Positions 39,175 to 48,226 of a stretch of 64,000 nucleotides of DNA are shown piece after piece (position 1 is the first letter of the stretch; every line of letters starts with the position of its first letter). The notes below the pieces were generated by a model that searched no databases, was not told the DNA's origin, and worked only from the letters and a program-made list of their open reading frames with translations. Made by a program: the position numbers and the translations under genes. Location of the stretch: positions 3,826-67,825 of the forward strand of contig DRHS01000058.1 in assembly GCA_011053095.1 (NCBI GenBank). The letters run 5' to 3'. This DNA is from Bacteroides sp. GTDB lineage: Bacteria > Bacteroidota > Bacteroidia > Bacteroidales > SM23-62.

Positions 39175-40512
39175 CTAGATCACTCCCTGGTCCAGCATCG
39201 CATTGGCTACCTTCATAAAACCGGCAATATTTGCACCCTTTACATAGTTCACGTAACCGTCATCTTCTGTTCCATGCTCTACACATGCAACATGAATGTT
39301 TTCCATGATTTCATGAAGTCTTTTGTCAACTTCATTCCGCTGCCAGTTCAACTTCATACTGTTCTGTGACATTTCGAGTCCCGAGGTAGCAACACCACCT
39401 GCATTTGCTGCCTTTCCGGGCGCATACAGAACCTTGTTTTCCTGGAAGGCTTCAATGGCTTCAGGTGTGCAGGGCATATTAGCACCTTCACAAACACAGA
39501 TACAGCCATTTTTTATCAGGGTCTTGGCGTCCTCCTCGTTCAGTTCATTCTCCGTGGCACATGGCATGGCTATATCGCATTCAACTTCCCAAGGATGCTT
39601 GCCAGGAACGAACTTCGCGCTGTTGAAATCGTATGAGTATGGTTTTATTACATCCTCGTTTGAGGCCCTCAATTCAAGCATATAGTTGATCTTCTCTCCT
39701 GATATGCCCTCCGGGTCATGCACATAGCCATCCGGTCCTGAGAGGGTTACTACCTTGCCCCCGAGCTCGTTGATCTTGGATACTGCACCCCAGGCGACGT
39801 TTCCGAATCCACTGACTGCGACGGTCTTGCCTTCAAAACTTTCACCCTTCGTGGCCAGCATTTCCTTTGCGAAGTACACACATCCGAACCCTGTAGCCTC
39901 GGGACGGATCAGGCTTCCTCCCCAGTTTATACCCTTTCCTGTCAGGACACCGGTATTTTCCCGGGCCAACTTACGATACATTCCGTATAAGAATCCAATC
40001 TCCCTGGTGCCGACTCCGATATCTCCGGCAGGGACATCTGTTGAGGGACCAATGACTTTCCATAATTCCAGCATGAAGGACTGTGCAAAACGCATGATCT
40101 CTGAATTTGATTTTCCTTTGGGATTAAAATCAGAGCCGCCTTTTGCACCCCCCATCGGAAGAGTGGTAAGTGCATTCTTGAAGATCTGCTCAAAGCCAAG
40201 GAACTTGAGTATGCTTAAGTTGACACTGGGGTGGAAGCGAAGTCCTCCTTTATAAGGACCAATAGCATTATTGAACTGGACCCGGTAACCGAGGTTTACA
40301 TGTACTATCCCCTGGTCATCTTCCCATGGTACTTTGAACATGAGTATCCGGTCAGGTTCAACGATGCGGTCAATGATGCCGGCTGCCTCGAACTGGGGAT
40401 TTGAATTGTATACTTCTTCAATAGACTCGAGAACCTCTCTTACAGCCTGGAGATATTCCTGTTCACCCGGATGCTTTTTTCCCAGGTCAACCATTTTAAT
40501 GTCAACGTTCAT
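39175..40512 (-). CDS. gdhA: NADP-specific glutamate dehydrogenase
   Basis: LPMGGAKGGSDFNPKGKS catalytic-Lys motif, GFGNVAWGA dinucleotide fold, and ~445 aa like hexameric GdhA. Confidence 0.95.
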   Translation of the reverse strand: MNVDIKMVDLGKKHPGEQEYLQAVREVLESIEEVYNSNPQFEAAGIIDRIVEPDRILMFKVPWEDDQGIVHVNLGYRVQFNNAIGPYKGGLRFHPSVNLSILKFLGFEQIFKNALTTLPMGGAKGGSDFNPKGKSNSEIMRFAQSFMLELWKVIGPSTDVPAGDIGVGTREIGFLYGMYRKLARENTGVLTGKGINWGGSLIRPEATGFGCVYFAKEMLATKGESFEGKTVAVSGFGNVAWGAVSKINELGGKVVTLSGPDGYVHDPEGISGEKINYMLELRASNEDVIKPYSYDFNSAKFVPGKHPWEVECDIAMPCATENELNEEDAKTLIKNGCICVCEGANMPCTPEAIEAFQENKVLYAPGKAANAGGVATSGLEMSQNSMKLNWQRNEVDKRLHEIMENIHVACVEHGTEDDGYVNYVKGANIAGFMKVANAMLDQGVI

Positions 40513-40585
40513 ATTTGGTATTTAAATTCTGTGTTAAAAATACTTTTATATTGCAACCTTATCAAAAAATACAGTATGCTTTAAA

Positions 40586-43500
40586 TCACTGATTTTTGTC
40601 AGGTTTATTACTGATAGTTAAAGGTTTATAGATAACTCCCTTATTTGATTTTCCATCCACTTCTACTCTCAAAGGATCCTCAAAATGAACCTGCCTGATA
40701 AATTCATTTTCTATTACTGCAGGAAGTGAATCAAGGAATTCTATATCGAGATAACCATCTCTGATGTATGGATTTATTGTAAAATAACCAATCCTGAAAG
40801 ATGTGATATTCTGGAAAAAATGGGTGCCCTGGCTGGGATCTATCCGGTAGTTTTCGAGTCCAGATTCAATAATCACCCCTGCAGCTGACAGCTGGGCCCA
40901 TTTGGCAGGTATTCCCAGCCATGGATCACTTGATCCCCATCGGCCGGGTCCTATAAGAATGTAGTTTGTTCCATTCCCCGTAAATCCATCGTTAATCTTC
41001 TCTATCATCCCCGCAATTTTCTCGGAGTGAGATGCATTAAAGGCTGATGGTTTTACATAGACTATATCATGGAGATTCTGGAATGAACCATTCCCCAGTG
41101 CGGACTCGGAGAATACGATGGTTTCCTCGATCACAATATTATCCAGATTAAAATTGATAAACTGATCATTCAGGACGATTGGCCGGACCTGCAGAAAGTT
41201 AAATATGGCAGGTTCCCCGGCAGGGGTATCCAGATTAACTGCAAACTCAATTTCTATGGGATTGTTCATTTCCTTCTGGCAGATCTGGAGAAGGTCCGAA
41301 ATGATCTCCGCCAGGGGTATCTTGTTATAATTCAGAAGTGGTGCGAATGTGATCACACGTTTCCCTGTACCATAAACACCATCCCGAATCATCTCATTCT
41401 CAAAGTCATAGGTCGAGGCTGCAAATTTGAACGAGGCATCCTTTTCGGCATCCTTGAAGGGTACCTTGAACAGGTTCGCACCATCATCGACAGACGGGAC
41501 AAAGCTTTTGGGATCAAGGTTAACAGCAAAGAAACTCTTTTGAGTGTCCTTCAGTACCAGTTCGGGAGAGGAAAGCTGGAGTATTTTTTTAGGATATTTG
41601 GGGGAGAACCTCAGTCCCCTGCCACCATCCATCAGGTATTTTCCCAGTCCATATGCAATGACAGCAATGCCGTCCTCAGCTTTTTCCGGCTCGATAGGAT
41701 AAAAATTAATTGAACGTGCCACCCCTGAAAGGGTCGGATAGAATTTGTCAGAGTATGAGTTGCCGCATACTTCCTGTAGGATAATCCCCATCTTCTCCTC
41801 GTCGATGACATTTGAGGTTGCTGTCATGTAGGCCTTACTGCTTTTATAGAAAACAGAGGCGTATACCGATTTAATAGCCTGGGAAAGAAGGGTCACCATA
41901 TGTTGCCTGTCCTCGCTGTCGCATGGGATCATATAGGTCGAATATATCCCTGCAAAAGGCTGGTAGTGTGAGTCCTCAAGCTTACTCGAGCTGCGTACTG
42001 CCACAGGATTCTCAAGTACATGGACAAATGCCTTAAGGTCCTGAATCACCCAGCCAGGTAATTTGGATGAGAGAAAATGCTTCAGTATCTTTTCATCGGG
42101 AAGGTCTGAGAGAGCAATCGTGTAAAGCTCATTGCTCAGCATATATTCATCGAATATATCGGTTGAAAGGACTACGGTCCGGGGGATGGTAATTACTACC
42201 TCTGGGAATTTATTGAAAATTTGATGCTTCTCTATGACGGAATTAATGAATGCGAGCCCGCGTGCTTTACCTCCGATTGAATCGTCACCTATCCTGGTAA
42301 ACAGGAGATACTTATCAAATTTTTCCTTGTCAAATTTGGCAATAATCCCTCTGCCTTTACTTATCCGGAAATTCGAGATGGATTCGAAGAGGTATTTCCG
42401 CATGTCTTCGGTTGACTCAAAATCTTCAAGTCTGAGGTGCTTGAACAATTGGGCTACTGGGAAGATTGCACGTGCATTCAGCCATTTCGAGAAATCATTT
42501 TTACTGCTGTGTAATTCAATTGAAGATTCAGGTATATTGAGGATCTCATGCTGAAGGGCCTGCAGGTCTTTTGCTCTTCCCACCTTTTTCATTGTTCCCG
42601 GTTCCCGGAAGATAAAATCACCAAAGGCAAAATTCCTGACAATATAACCTGTCAGCTCATGGGAAAGATTCTTGGAATATTTGTGCAAAAATCCGATTCC
42701 CAGTTTCCTGGCCTGTGCAGCCATTGAAGCGTCAGATGATTGAAGAAGGAAAGACATGAATTTATCTTCTGATTTTACCAGTTTGAAAAACTCAAGTCCC
42801 ATCTGTCCTTTCTCCACACTGTCAGCATTCCTTTTAAAATTCACATCTGAGATAATACCCAACATATTGAATTTATACTTCTGAAAAAGCTTAACTGCAT
42901 CATCTAATGTTGAAGCCAATAGTACTTTAGGTCTGCCTCTCATCCGTAGCATCCGCTGATGTTCGTTCAGGGCCTCAAGTGCAAATACTTTGGCCTGGTT
43001 CAGTATAACCTTATAGAGGACAGGCAGGTAGCTTGATATGAATCGAACTGAGTCCTCGACCAGCAAAATGGTCTGTACTCCAACGATCTCAACATCGTGC
43101 TCGGCATTCATTTTATCTTCTATCAGCTTGATAATAGCCAGCAGCAGGTCAGCATTTCCCAGCCAGGAAAAGACATAATCAATTGCACTCAGATCTTCAT
43201 GCTGGATTCTTACAGTGACCTCACGTGAGAAATGAGTAAGGATAACTATTGGTATTTCAGTATTTTTTGCCTTGATCTGCCTGGCAAGTTTAAACGGATC
43301 AACGTCCTCGATGTTAAGCATCTCAATTACCAGGTCAACCTGGTTCGACTCGAGTATGCTGAACGCTTCTGTAGAAGATGAGGCCTGAAGGAATGTAGGC
43401 GGATATCTAAGGTTCAGGGATACATACTCATTGAAGATCTGTTCATCAATCCTTCCATCCTCCTCAAGCATGAATGCATCATAATTACTGCAGATCAATA

Positions 43501-43588
43501 GCACCTTCCCAATCCGTTTCTGCATTAGCAGTTTAAAGGCGGTGTGACCATAATCGATGGTGGTGGTTATTTTTTTCAGAGGACTCAT
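40586..43588 (-). CDS. Receiver-domain / PPDK_N (PEP/pyruvate-binding ATP-grasp) multidomain protein, paralog B (1000 aa)
   Basis: aa ~25-125: receiver-like fold without the acceptor Asp (DLVIEML). aa ~170-290: receiver-like with ILLVEDS...IISDVNF...LLQSSD. aa ~430-805: PPDK_N motifs GGKARGLAFIN, VAVRSSSKLEDS, ...FLQVRP. aa 806-1000: unrecognised module (LIGPGRWGSSDPWLGIP...GTHFFQNITS). No GGxTSH swivel motif. The ATG overlaps the paralog A stop (ATGA). Confidence 0.7.
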   Translation of the reverse strand: MSPLKKITTTIDYGHTAFKLLMQKRIGKVLLICSNYDAFMLEEDGRIDEQIFNEYVSLNLRYPPTFLQASSSTEAFSILESNQVDLVIEMLNIEDVDPFKLARQIKAKNTEIPIVILTHFSREVTVRIQHEDLSAIDYVFSWLGNADLLLAIIKLIEDKMNAEHDVEIVGVQTILLVEDSVRFISSYLPVLYKVILNQAKVFALEALNEHQRMLRMRGRPKVLLASTLDDAVKLFQKYKFNMLGIISDVNFKRNADSVEKGQMGLEFFKLVKSEDKFMSFLLQSSDASMAAQARKLGIGFLHKYSKNLSHELTGYIVRNFAFGDFIFREPGTMKKVGRAKDLQALQHEILNIPESSIELHSSKNDFSKWLNARAIFPVAQLFKHLRLEDFESTEDMRKYLFESISNFRISKGRGIIAKFDKEKFDKYLLFTRIGDDSIGGKARGLAFINSVIEKHQIFNKFPEVVITIPRTVVLSTDIFDEYMLSNELYTIALSDLPDEKILKHFLSSKLPGWVIQDLKAFVHVLENPVAVRSSSKLEDSHYQPFAGIYSTYMIPCDSEDRQHMVTLLSQAIKSVYASVFYKSSKAYMTATSNVIDEEKMGIILQEVCGNSYSDKFYPTLSGVARSINFYPIEPEKAEDGIAVIAYGLGKYLMDGGRGLRFSPKYPKKILQLSSPELVLKDTQKSFFAVNLDPKSFVPSVDDGANLFKVPFKDAEKDASFKFAASTYDFENEMIRDGVYGTGKRVITFAPLLNYNKIPLAEIISDLLQICQKEMNNPIEIEFAVNLDTPAGEPAIFNFLQVRPIVLNDQFINFNLDNIVIEETIVFSESALGNGSFQNLHDIVYVKPSAFNASHSEKIAGMIEKINDGFTGNGTNYILIGPGRWGSSDPWLGIPAKWAQLSAAGVIIESGLENYRIDPSQGTHFFQNITSFRIGYFTINPYIRDGYLDIEFLDSLPAVIENEFIRQVHFEDPLRVEVDGKSNKGVIYKPLTISNKPDKNQ

Positions 43589-46500
43589 GCTGGCTTTACT
43601 ACTGGTACAGCGTTATTCCATGTTATCAAGGATGTCCTTTTTTTACCATCCATGATTATTGTCAGGGCATCTTCAAATTCCACATGCCTTATGTATTCAC
43701 GGTCGGAAATTACCTTTTGCAAATTCAGTTTCTCCCAGTCAATGAAATCAGTATTTGAGTCATGTTGAATTGAAAGATACCCAACATTCATTGAGGTAAC
43801 ATTGTGAAAAAAATGTGACCCCAGTGATGCATCAAGAGGGAATTCCGGCAGGCTCATTTCCACGATCACCTTTGCATTGGAAATCTGGGGCCATGCTACC
43901 GGGATCCCTATAAAACGGTCACGGGTTCCCCATCTTCCGGGGCCGATAAGCACATATTTGCGCTGCTTTTCGACCATCTCTGCATTGATTGCTTCAATTT
44001 CAGGAATGATTTCCTTCGTTCGTGTTTTATCGAATTTTTCAGGCTTTACGTAAATAATATCCCTGATCTCATCCACCCTGCCGTTACCCATACTTCTTTC
44101 TGCATAAAGAAGTGCCCTGTCCATATCCAGTTCGAGAGGATCGATTATAAAATCTTCCAAGGCCCCGATAAGGGGCTTTATCTGAAGCAGAACAAACGAT
44201 GTCCTGCCCTCTTTATCTTTCTCCAGGTCAACTGCATATTCTATCTCAACCGGTGCTCCCATAGCTTCCTTAACAACATTCAGAATCAAATCCAGGGATT
44301 TGGCGAGAGGTATATATTCATACTGAAGGATATTGGCAAAGTTAACTATGCGGGGACCAGGGATATCGAGTCCTGCTACAATCCTGTCATTATCCTGATC
44401 ATAAACCGAGGCACAGTGTTTAAGGGTCCCGTGTTTTTCTGCTTCGCTGATTTCCAGCCTTATCAACCCGGCATCCTGACCGTGCTCAAGCAGATTCAGG
44501 TCTTTCGGTTCCATATTTATTGCGTAAAAACTTACCTGTGAACCTTTAAGTTGATCCTTCGAGGAATTATTCTGGACATTGGGGTATTTAGGGGAAAACC
44601 GCCATGCTCTCTCTCCTTCAACAACATACTGCCCCAATCCCACAGCTGAAACAGCATAACCGTCTTCCGGTTCCATATGTGCTACAGGATAATAATTATA
44701 GGACTGAGCTGTGCCCGAGATATGGGGATAGAAGCAACCATTATAAGGGTTTCCTACAACCTCCTGAATGACGACCGCCATCTTTTCATCATCAAGTCTG
44801 AAATTTATGGCTTCGAAGTAACTGCGGGCATTTGTGGAATAAATTGATGCATAAACCAATTTGATGGCATCCGATGCCTGTCTCAGCCGGATATTAAAAT
44901 CCGGGTGGTTATTTGGCAACAGGTATGTGGCAAAAACACCGGAGAAGGGCTGTGTTGTACTGTCTTCCAAAAGGCTGGATGAACGGATGGCAATTGGTTT
45001 TTTCATCTGCTTCAGCAAGGCCCTGAGTTTTTTCTCAAGGGTATAGCTAAGCTGGCTTTCAAGAAATACCTTTCTGACCTCATGATAATCCTCACATGTA
45101 TGAACGAAGTCGTTCAGGTGGTTGGACTCCATGAAAAGGTCAAACTCATCCGTACCAATTACAAGTGTTATGGGTGTCCTTATATGAATAGCAGGAATGA
45201 TCTCGGTGAAGTTAAGATTGTAGATGAGGGTATTGATAAATGCGAGTCCCCTGCCCTTACCTCCAAGTGCACCGGTACCAAGGCTGACAATATTTGTCTC
45301 ATCCAGAATAGCAGCCTCTTCAAAAGGAATTACCTGTCCGATGTTCGTCTCGTTCCTGTATTTTCTGATTACATACTTAAGGTACTGTCTGAATTCCTGG
45401 GGGTCCTCAAAATCTGTAACATTTACCGGATGGATCATCTTTGCAATTTTAATCTCACCCCTTGCCATCAGCCATAGCGAAAAATGATTCCGTTTACCAT
45501 GATAAATCATTGAATCAGCCGGAATTGTATCGATATGGTTTTCGAATTCCCTGAGCGTTTTTGCAACTGCAATGGTCTTCCCACTTGAGTCCTTGTAAAC
45601 AAAATTCCCAAACCCAAGATGATGCTTTATAAAGCTCTCAATGTCCTGCATCAACGTTTCGGAGTTTTTATTTATAAACACCGACTTCAGTTCAAATGCT
45701 TTGTGAGAATTTTGGACGTCAGATGATTGAATTACCGTCGGAAGACCTTTTAATTGTTCACGGACCTGCTTTACAAGCTGAAAGCCTGCCTCTTCATCCA
45801 TTTTTCCTGCCTTAGGAAATTTTACATCTGTTATCAGGCAAAGCAGATGTTCCTTATACTTTTCAAATATATCTATCGCCTGTTCAAATGTAGTGGCTAA
45901 CAGGATCTTTGGCCGGGCCCGAAGTCTCAGTACCTTAAAAAGGTCATCCGTGCTGACATCCTCAATGATTCGTTTTGTCTGCTCCATTACATTGCTGTAG
46001 AGCAATGGAAGGTATCTCGAATAGTACTTCTCGGAGTCTTCAACAATCAGAATGACCTTTACCAGACCTATTTTTGTGTCATTTTCTGCATTAACCTGGT
46101 CTTCAAGCTGTTTGACCATGGCAAAGAAGATCTTGCTATCTCCGTTCCACACAAAAACCCTGTCAACAATATCAATTATTGCCTTGTTTTTCCTGAAACT
46201 GGTTATCTCCCTGTCATTGTTCAGGAGGACATAGATAGGGATATATGGGAATTTGTTCTTAACCTTGCTGCCTATCTTTAAAGGCGTTGAAGGGTCGCTT
46301 CCGATCATCAGAATTACCAGATCGAAATGCTTTGACTGAAGTTGGTCCAGCGCCTCCTCGTATGATGACACCCCGGTAACCCTGGGCATGGATGTCAGAT
46401 TGAGTTGATGGTATTCACCCAGGATATGTTCAGAAAAATGTCCTTCTTTCTCAATACTGTATGCATCGTACAGGGTAGCCACCAGAAGGATCTCCTTCAC

Positions 46501-47070
46501 CTTATAGGGCATCAGGTCATGGAAGATATCCCTGTTGGCGTTTTGTTTGTTAAGGAACTTCTGCAACAGTTGCCTGGAGCTTATCGTAGGCTTCTTAAAC
46601 TCACTAATCTCAGGCTTGATCATCTCCTGGTCAAATGATTGCTGCAAGACCTCTCTGGCCTCAAGGCTGTCAATAAAATTGGATATAATACTGCTCAGAT
46701 TACTTATCAGGTCCCTTTCCTCTTTAAGGAAAGGACCCTCATCATAATCCCTGAATTTTTGCAGGTAGTAGATCTCTATCAACCCATTCTTGCCTCCGAA
46801 TGTCTGAAAATCCTGCTGCTGGCACCAACTGGTTTTGGTAAAATCCTGTGACCTGTATTCCTGATCATCAAACAGTATACGTGCTACAGTTCTTTCCGGA
46901 TATTGCCATGCATCGGGAAGGATCTGGGCAATTTTCCGCAGGGTTTCGTCGAGTGATTTTCCTTCCTTTAGTATCTGTGTAGTCCGGTTTATGCATGCCA
47001 GTTCCTTCAGCCGCTCCTTTTTCTCGGCAATAATTCTGTCAACCTCTCTTTGATCGTGTTTCTTAGCCAT
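43585..47070 (-). CDS. Sensor-like N-terminal module + receiver-domain / PPDK_N multidomain protein, paralog A (~1161 aa)
   Basis: Colinear with paralog B (ILIVEDS...LITDVKF...VIQSSD; GGKGRGLAFIN; IAIRSSSLLEDS; LLQIKP; LIGPGRWGTRDRFIGIP...GSHFFHNVTS). It has ~165 extra N-terminal residues (LKELACINRTTQIL...ILPDAWQYPE...ARILF...GLIEIYY...GPFLKEERDL). The track start is TTG at 47076; I prefer the ATG at 47070. Confidence 0.7.
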   Translation of the reverse strand: MAKKHDQREVDRIIAEKKERLKELACINRTTQILKEGKSLDETLRKIAQILPDAWQYPERTVARILFDDQEYRSQDFTKTSWCQQQDFQTFGGKNGLIEIYYLQKFRDYDEGPFLKEERDLISNLSSIISNFIDSLEAREVLQQSFDQEMIKPEISEFKKPTISSRQLLQKFLNKQNANRDIFHDLMPYKVKEILLVATLYDAYSIEKEGHFSEHILGEYHQLNLTSMPRVTGVSSYEEALDQLQSKHFDLVILMIGSDPSTPLKIGSKVKNKFPYIPIYVLLNNDREITSFRKNKAIIDIVDRVFVWNGDSKIFFAMVKQLEDQVNAENDTKIGLVKVILIVEDSEKYYSRYLPLLYSNVMEQTKRIIEDVSTDDLFKVLRLRARPKILLATTFEQAIDIFEKYKEHLLCLITDVKFPKAGKMDEEAGFQLVKQVREQLKGLPTVIQSSDVQNSHKAFELKSVFINKNSETLMQDIESFIKHHLGFGNFVYKDSSGKTIAVAKTLREFENHIDTIPADSMIYHGKRNHFSLWLMARGEIKIAKMIHPVNVTDFEDPQEFRQYLKYVIRKYRNETNIGQVIPFEEAAILDETNIVSLGTGALGGKGRGLAFINTLIYNLNFTEIIPAIHIRTPITLVIGTDEFDLFMESNHLNDFVHTCEDYHEVRKVFLESQLSYTLEKKLRALLKQMKKPIAIRSSSLLEDSTTQPFSGVFATYLLPNNHPDFNIRLRQASDAIKLVYASIYSTNARSYFEAINFRLDDEKMAVVIQEVVGNPYNGCFYPHISGTAQSYNYYPVAHMEPEDGYAVSAVGLGQYVVEGERAWRFSPKYPNVQNNSSKDQLKGSQVSFYAINMEPKDLNLLEHGQDAGLIRLEISEAEKHGTLKHCASVYDQDNDRIVAGLDIPGPRIVNFANILQYEYIPLAKSLDLILNVVKEAMGAPVEIEYAVDLEKDKEGRTSFVLLQIKPLIGALEDFIIDPLELDMDRALLYAERSMGNGRVDEIRDIIYVKPEKFDKTRTKEIIPEIEAINAEMVEKQRKYVLIGPGRWGTRDRFIGIPVAWPQISNAKVIVEMSLPEFPLDASLGSHFFHNVTSMNVGYLSIQHDSNTDFIDWEKLNLQKVISDREYIRHVEFEDALTIIMDGKKRTSLITWNNAVPVVKPA

Positions 47071-47145
47071 TTTCAAACCCCAAATACCATAGTAAATTTA
47101 CTAAAAATAAACCGCCCGGGGATTGGTGAATAGGGCTTCAGATTC

Positions 47146-47186
47146 AAAAAAGGCCGGCCCGGTAGGGGGACGGCCATATTTTTGGT
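47146..47186 (-). terminator. Rho-independent terminator downstream of korB (possibly bidirectional)
   Basis: Minus-strand RNA reads GGCCG-u-CCC/cctacc/GGG-c-CGGCC followed by UUUUUU. The plus strand also has TATTTTT after the stem. It lies 12-50 nt past the korB stop and upstream of the paralog A start. Confidence 0.55.
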
Positions 47187-47197
47187 TCTCCGGTCTC

Positions 47198-48226
47198 TTA
47201 ATCAACCTGGAAAGTATTCCCTGACCGGAGCAATTCATTTACATTAGTAATCTTTGTGTTCTTTTTGGCATGCTCTACCTGGTCTGTCAGCATACTTTCG
47301 AAGACTCCTGTTTCCCAGGCACGTATAACTCCCATGGCAACAGGCAATTCCGGCAGTGACATCCGGGCCAGCATATAGTGGACTGTATCATCCGGGTCCA
47401 TAACATCATGTACCAGGATATCGTCCATGGTGTATCCATCCATACCTACAGTGACTGATTTCAAACGCCCTTTTACCAGGATAAGACCTTTGTCATTGTT
47501 TTCTCCGTAAAGCATTGGCTCACCATGTTTTAGATAGATCTGGTGCTCCTTCCTGACTTCTTTGCCGGTGATTTCTTTGTGTACTTCATTGGCAAAGATT
47601 ATACAATTCTGAAGTATCTCAACCGTGGAGGTCCCTTTATGCTCGGCGGCTTTCTTAAAGACCTCTCTCATCATTTTAGGTTCGGTATCCACAACCCTTG
47701 CAAAGAAGGTACCCTGAGCTCCCATGGCAAGTTCCCCGGGTTTGAACGGATTTTCTATGGTCCCTTCAGGTGAGGTCTTGGTAACGGATCCCAGAGGTGT
47801 GGTGGGTGAATACTGTCCCTTGGTCAGGCCATAGATTTTATTATTGAAGAGAAGGATGTTCACATTGATATTTCGCCGAAGGATATGAATAAAGTGATTC
47901 CCTCCGATAGCCAGCATGTCTCCGTCTCCGGTTACCACCCACACGCTCAGGTTGGGATTAGCCACCTTAATACCGGAGGCTATTGGAGCGGCTCTTCCAT
48001 GCATTCCATGGACCCCATAAGTATTGATATAATATGGAAACCTCGAGGAGCAACCTATCCCAGATACGAAGACGATATTCTCTTTTTTAACCAAGGTCTC
48101 CGGAAGAGCATTCTGGACAGTGGATAATACTGAATGTCCGCCGCATCCGGCGCACCATTTTACCGGATTTGTTACTTTAAAGTCCTGTTTGGTCAATTCG
48201 CAAATATTCAAATTTTCTTCACTCAT
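47198..48226 (-). CDS. korB: 2-oxoglutarate:ferredoxin oxidoreductase beta subunit (TPP-binding)
   Basis: WCAGCGGH, SGIGCSSR and VVTGDGDMLAIGGNHF TPP motif. 342 aa. The start overlaps the korA stop (TAATG). Confidence 0.88.
   Translation of the reverse strand: MSEENLNICELTKQDFKVTNPVKWCAGCGGHSVLSTVQNALPETLVKKENIVFVSGIGCSSRFPYYINTYGVHGMHGRAAPIASGIKVANPNLSVWVVTGDGDMLAIGGNHFIHILRRNINVNILLFNNKIYGLTKGQYSPTTPLGSVTKTSPEGTIENPFKPGELAMGAQGTFFARVVDTEPKMMREVFKKAAEHKGTSTVEILQNCIIFANEVHKEITGKEVRKEHQIYLKHGEPMLYGENNDKGLILVKGRLKSVTVGMDGYTMDDILVHDVMDPDDTVHYMLARMSLPELPVAMGVIRAWETGVFESMLTDQVEHAKKNTKITNVNELLRSGNTFQVD

Noticed and set aside
40513-40585. Attempt to call a Bacteroidota-type promoter (TTTG / TAnnTTTG) for gdhA
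   Set aside because: The region is AT-rich with a TATTTTTTG-like string, but the spacing does not match the consensus exactly. I cannot position a -7 element confidently without TSS data.
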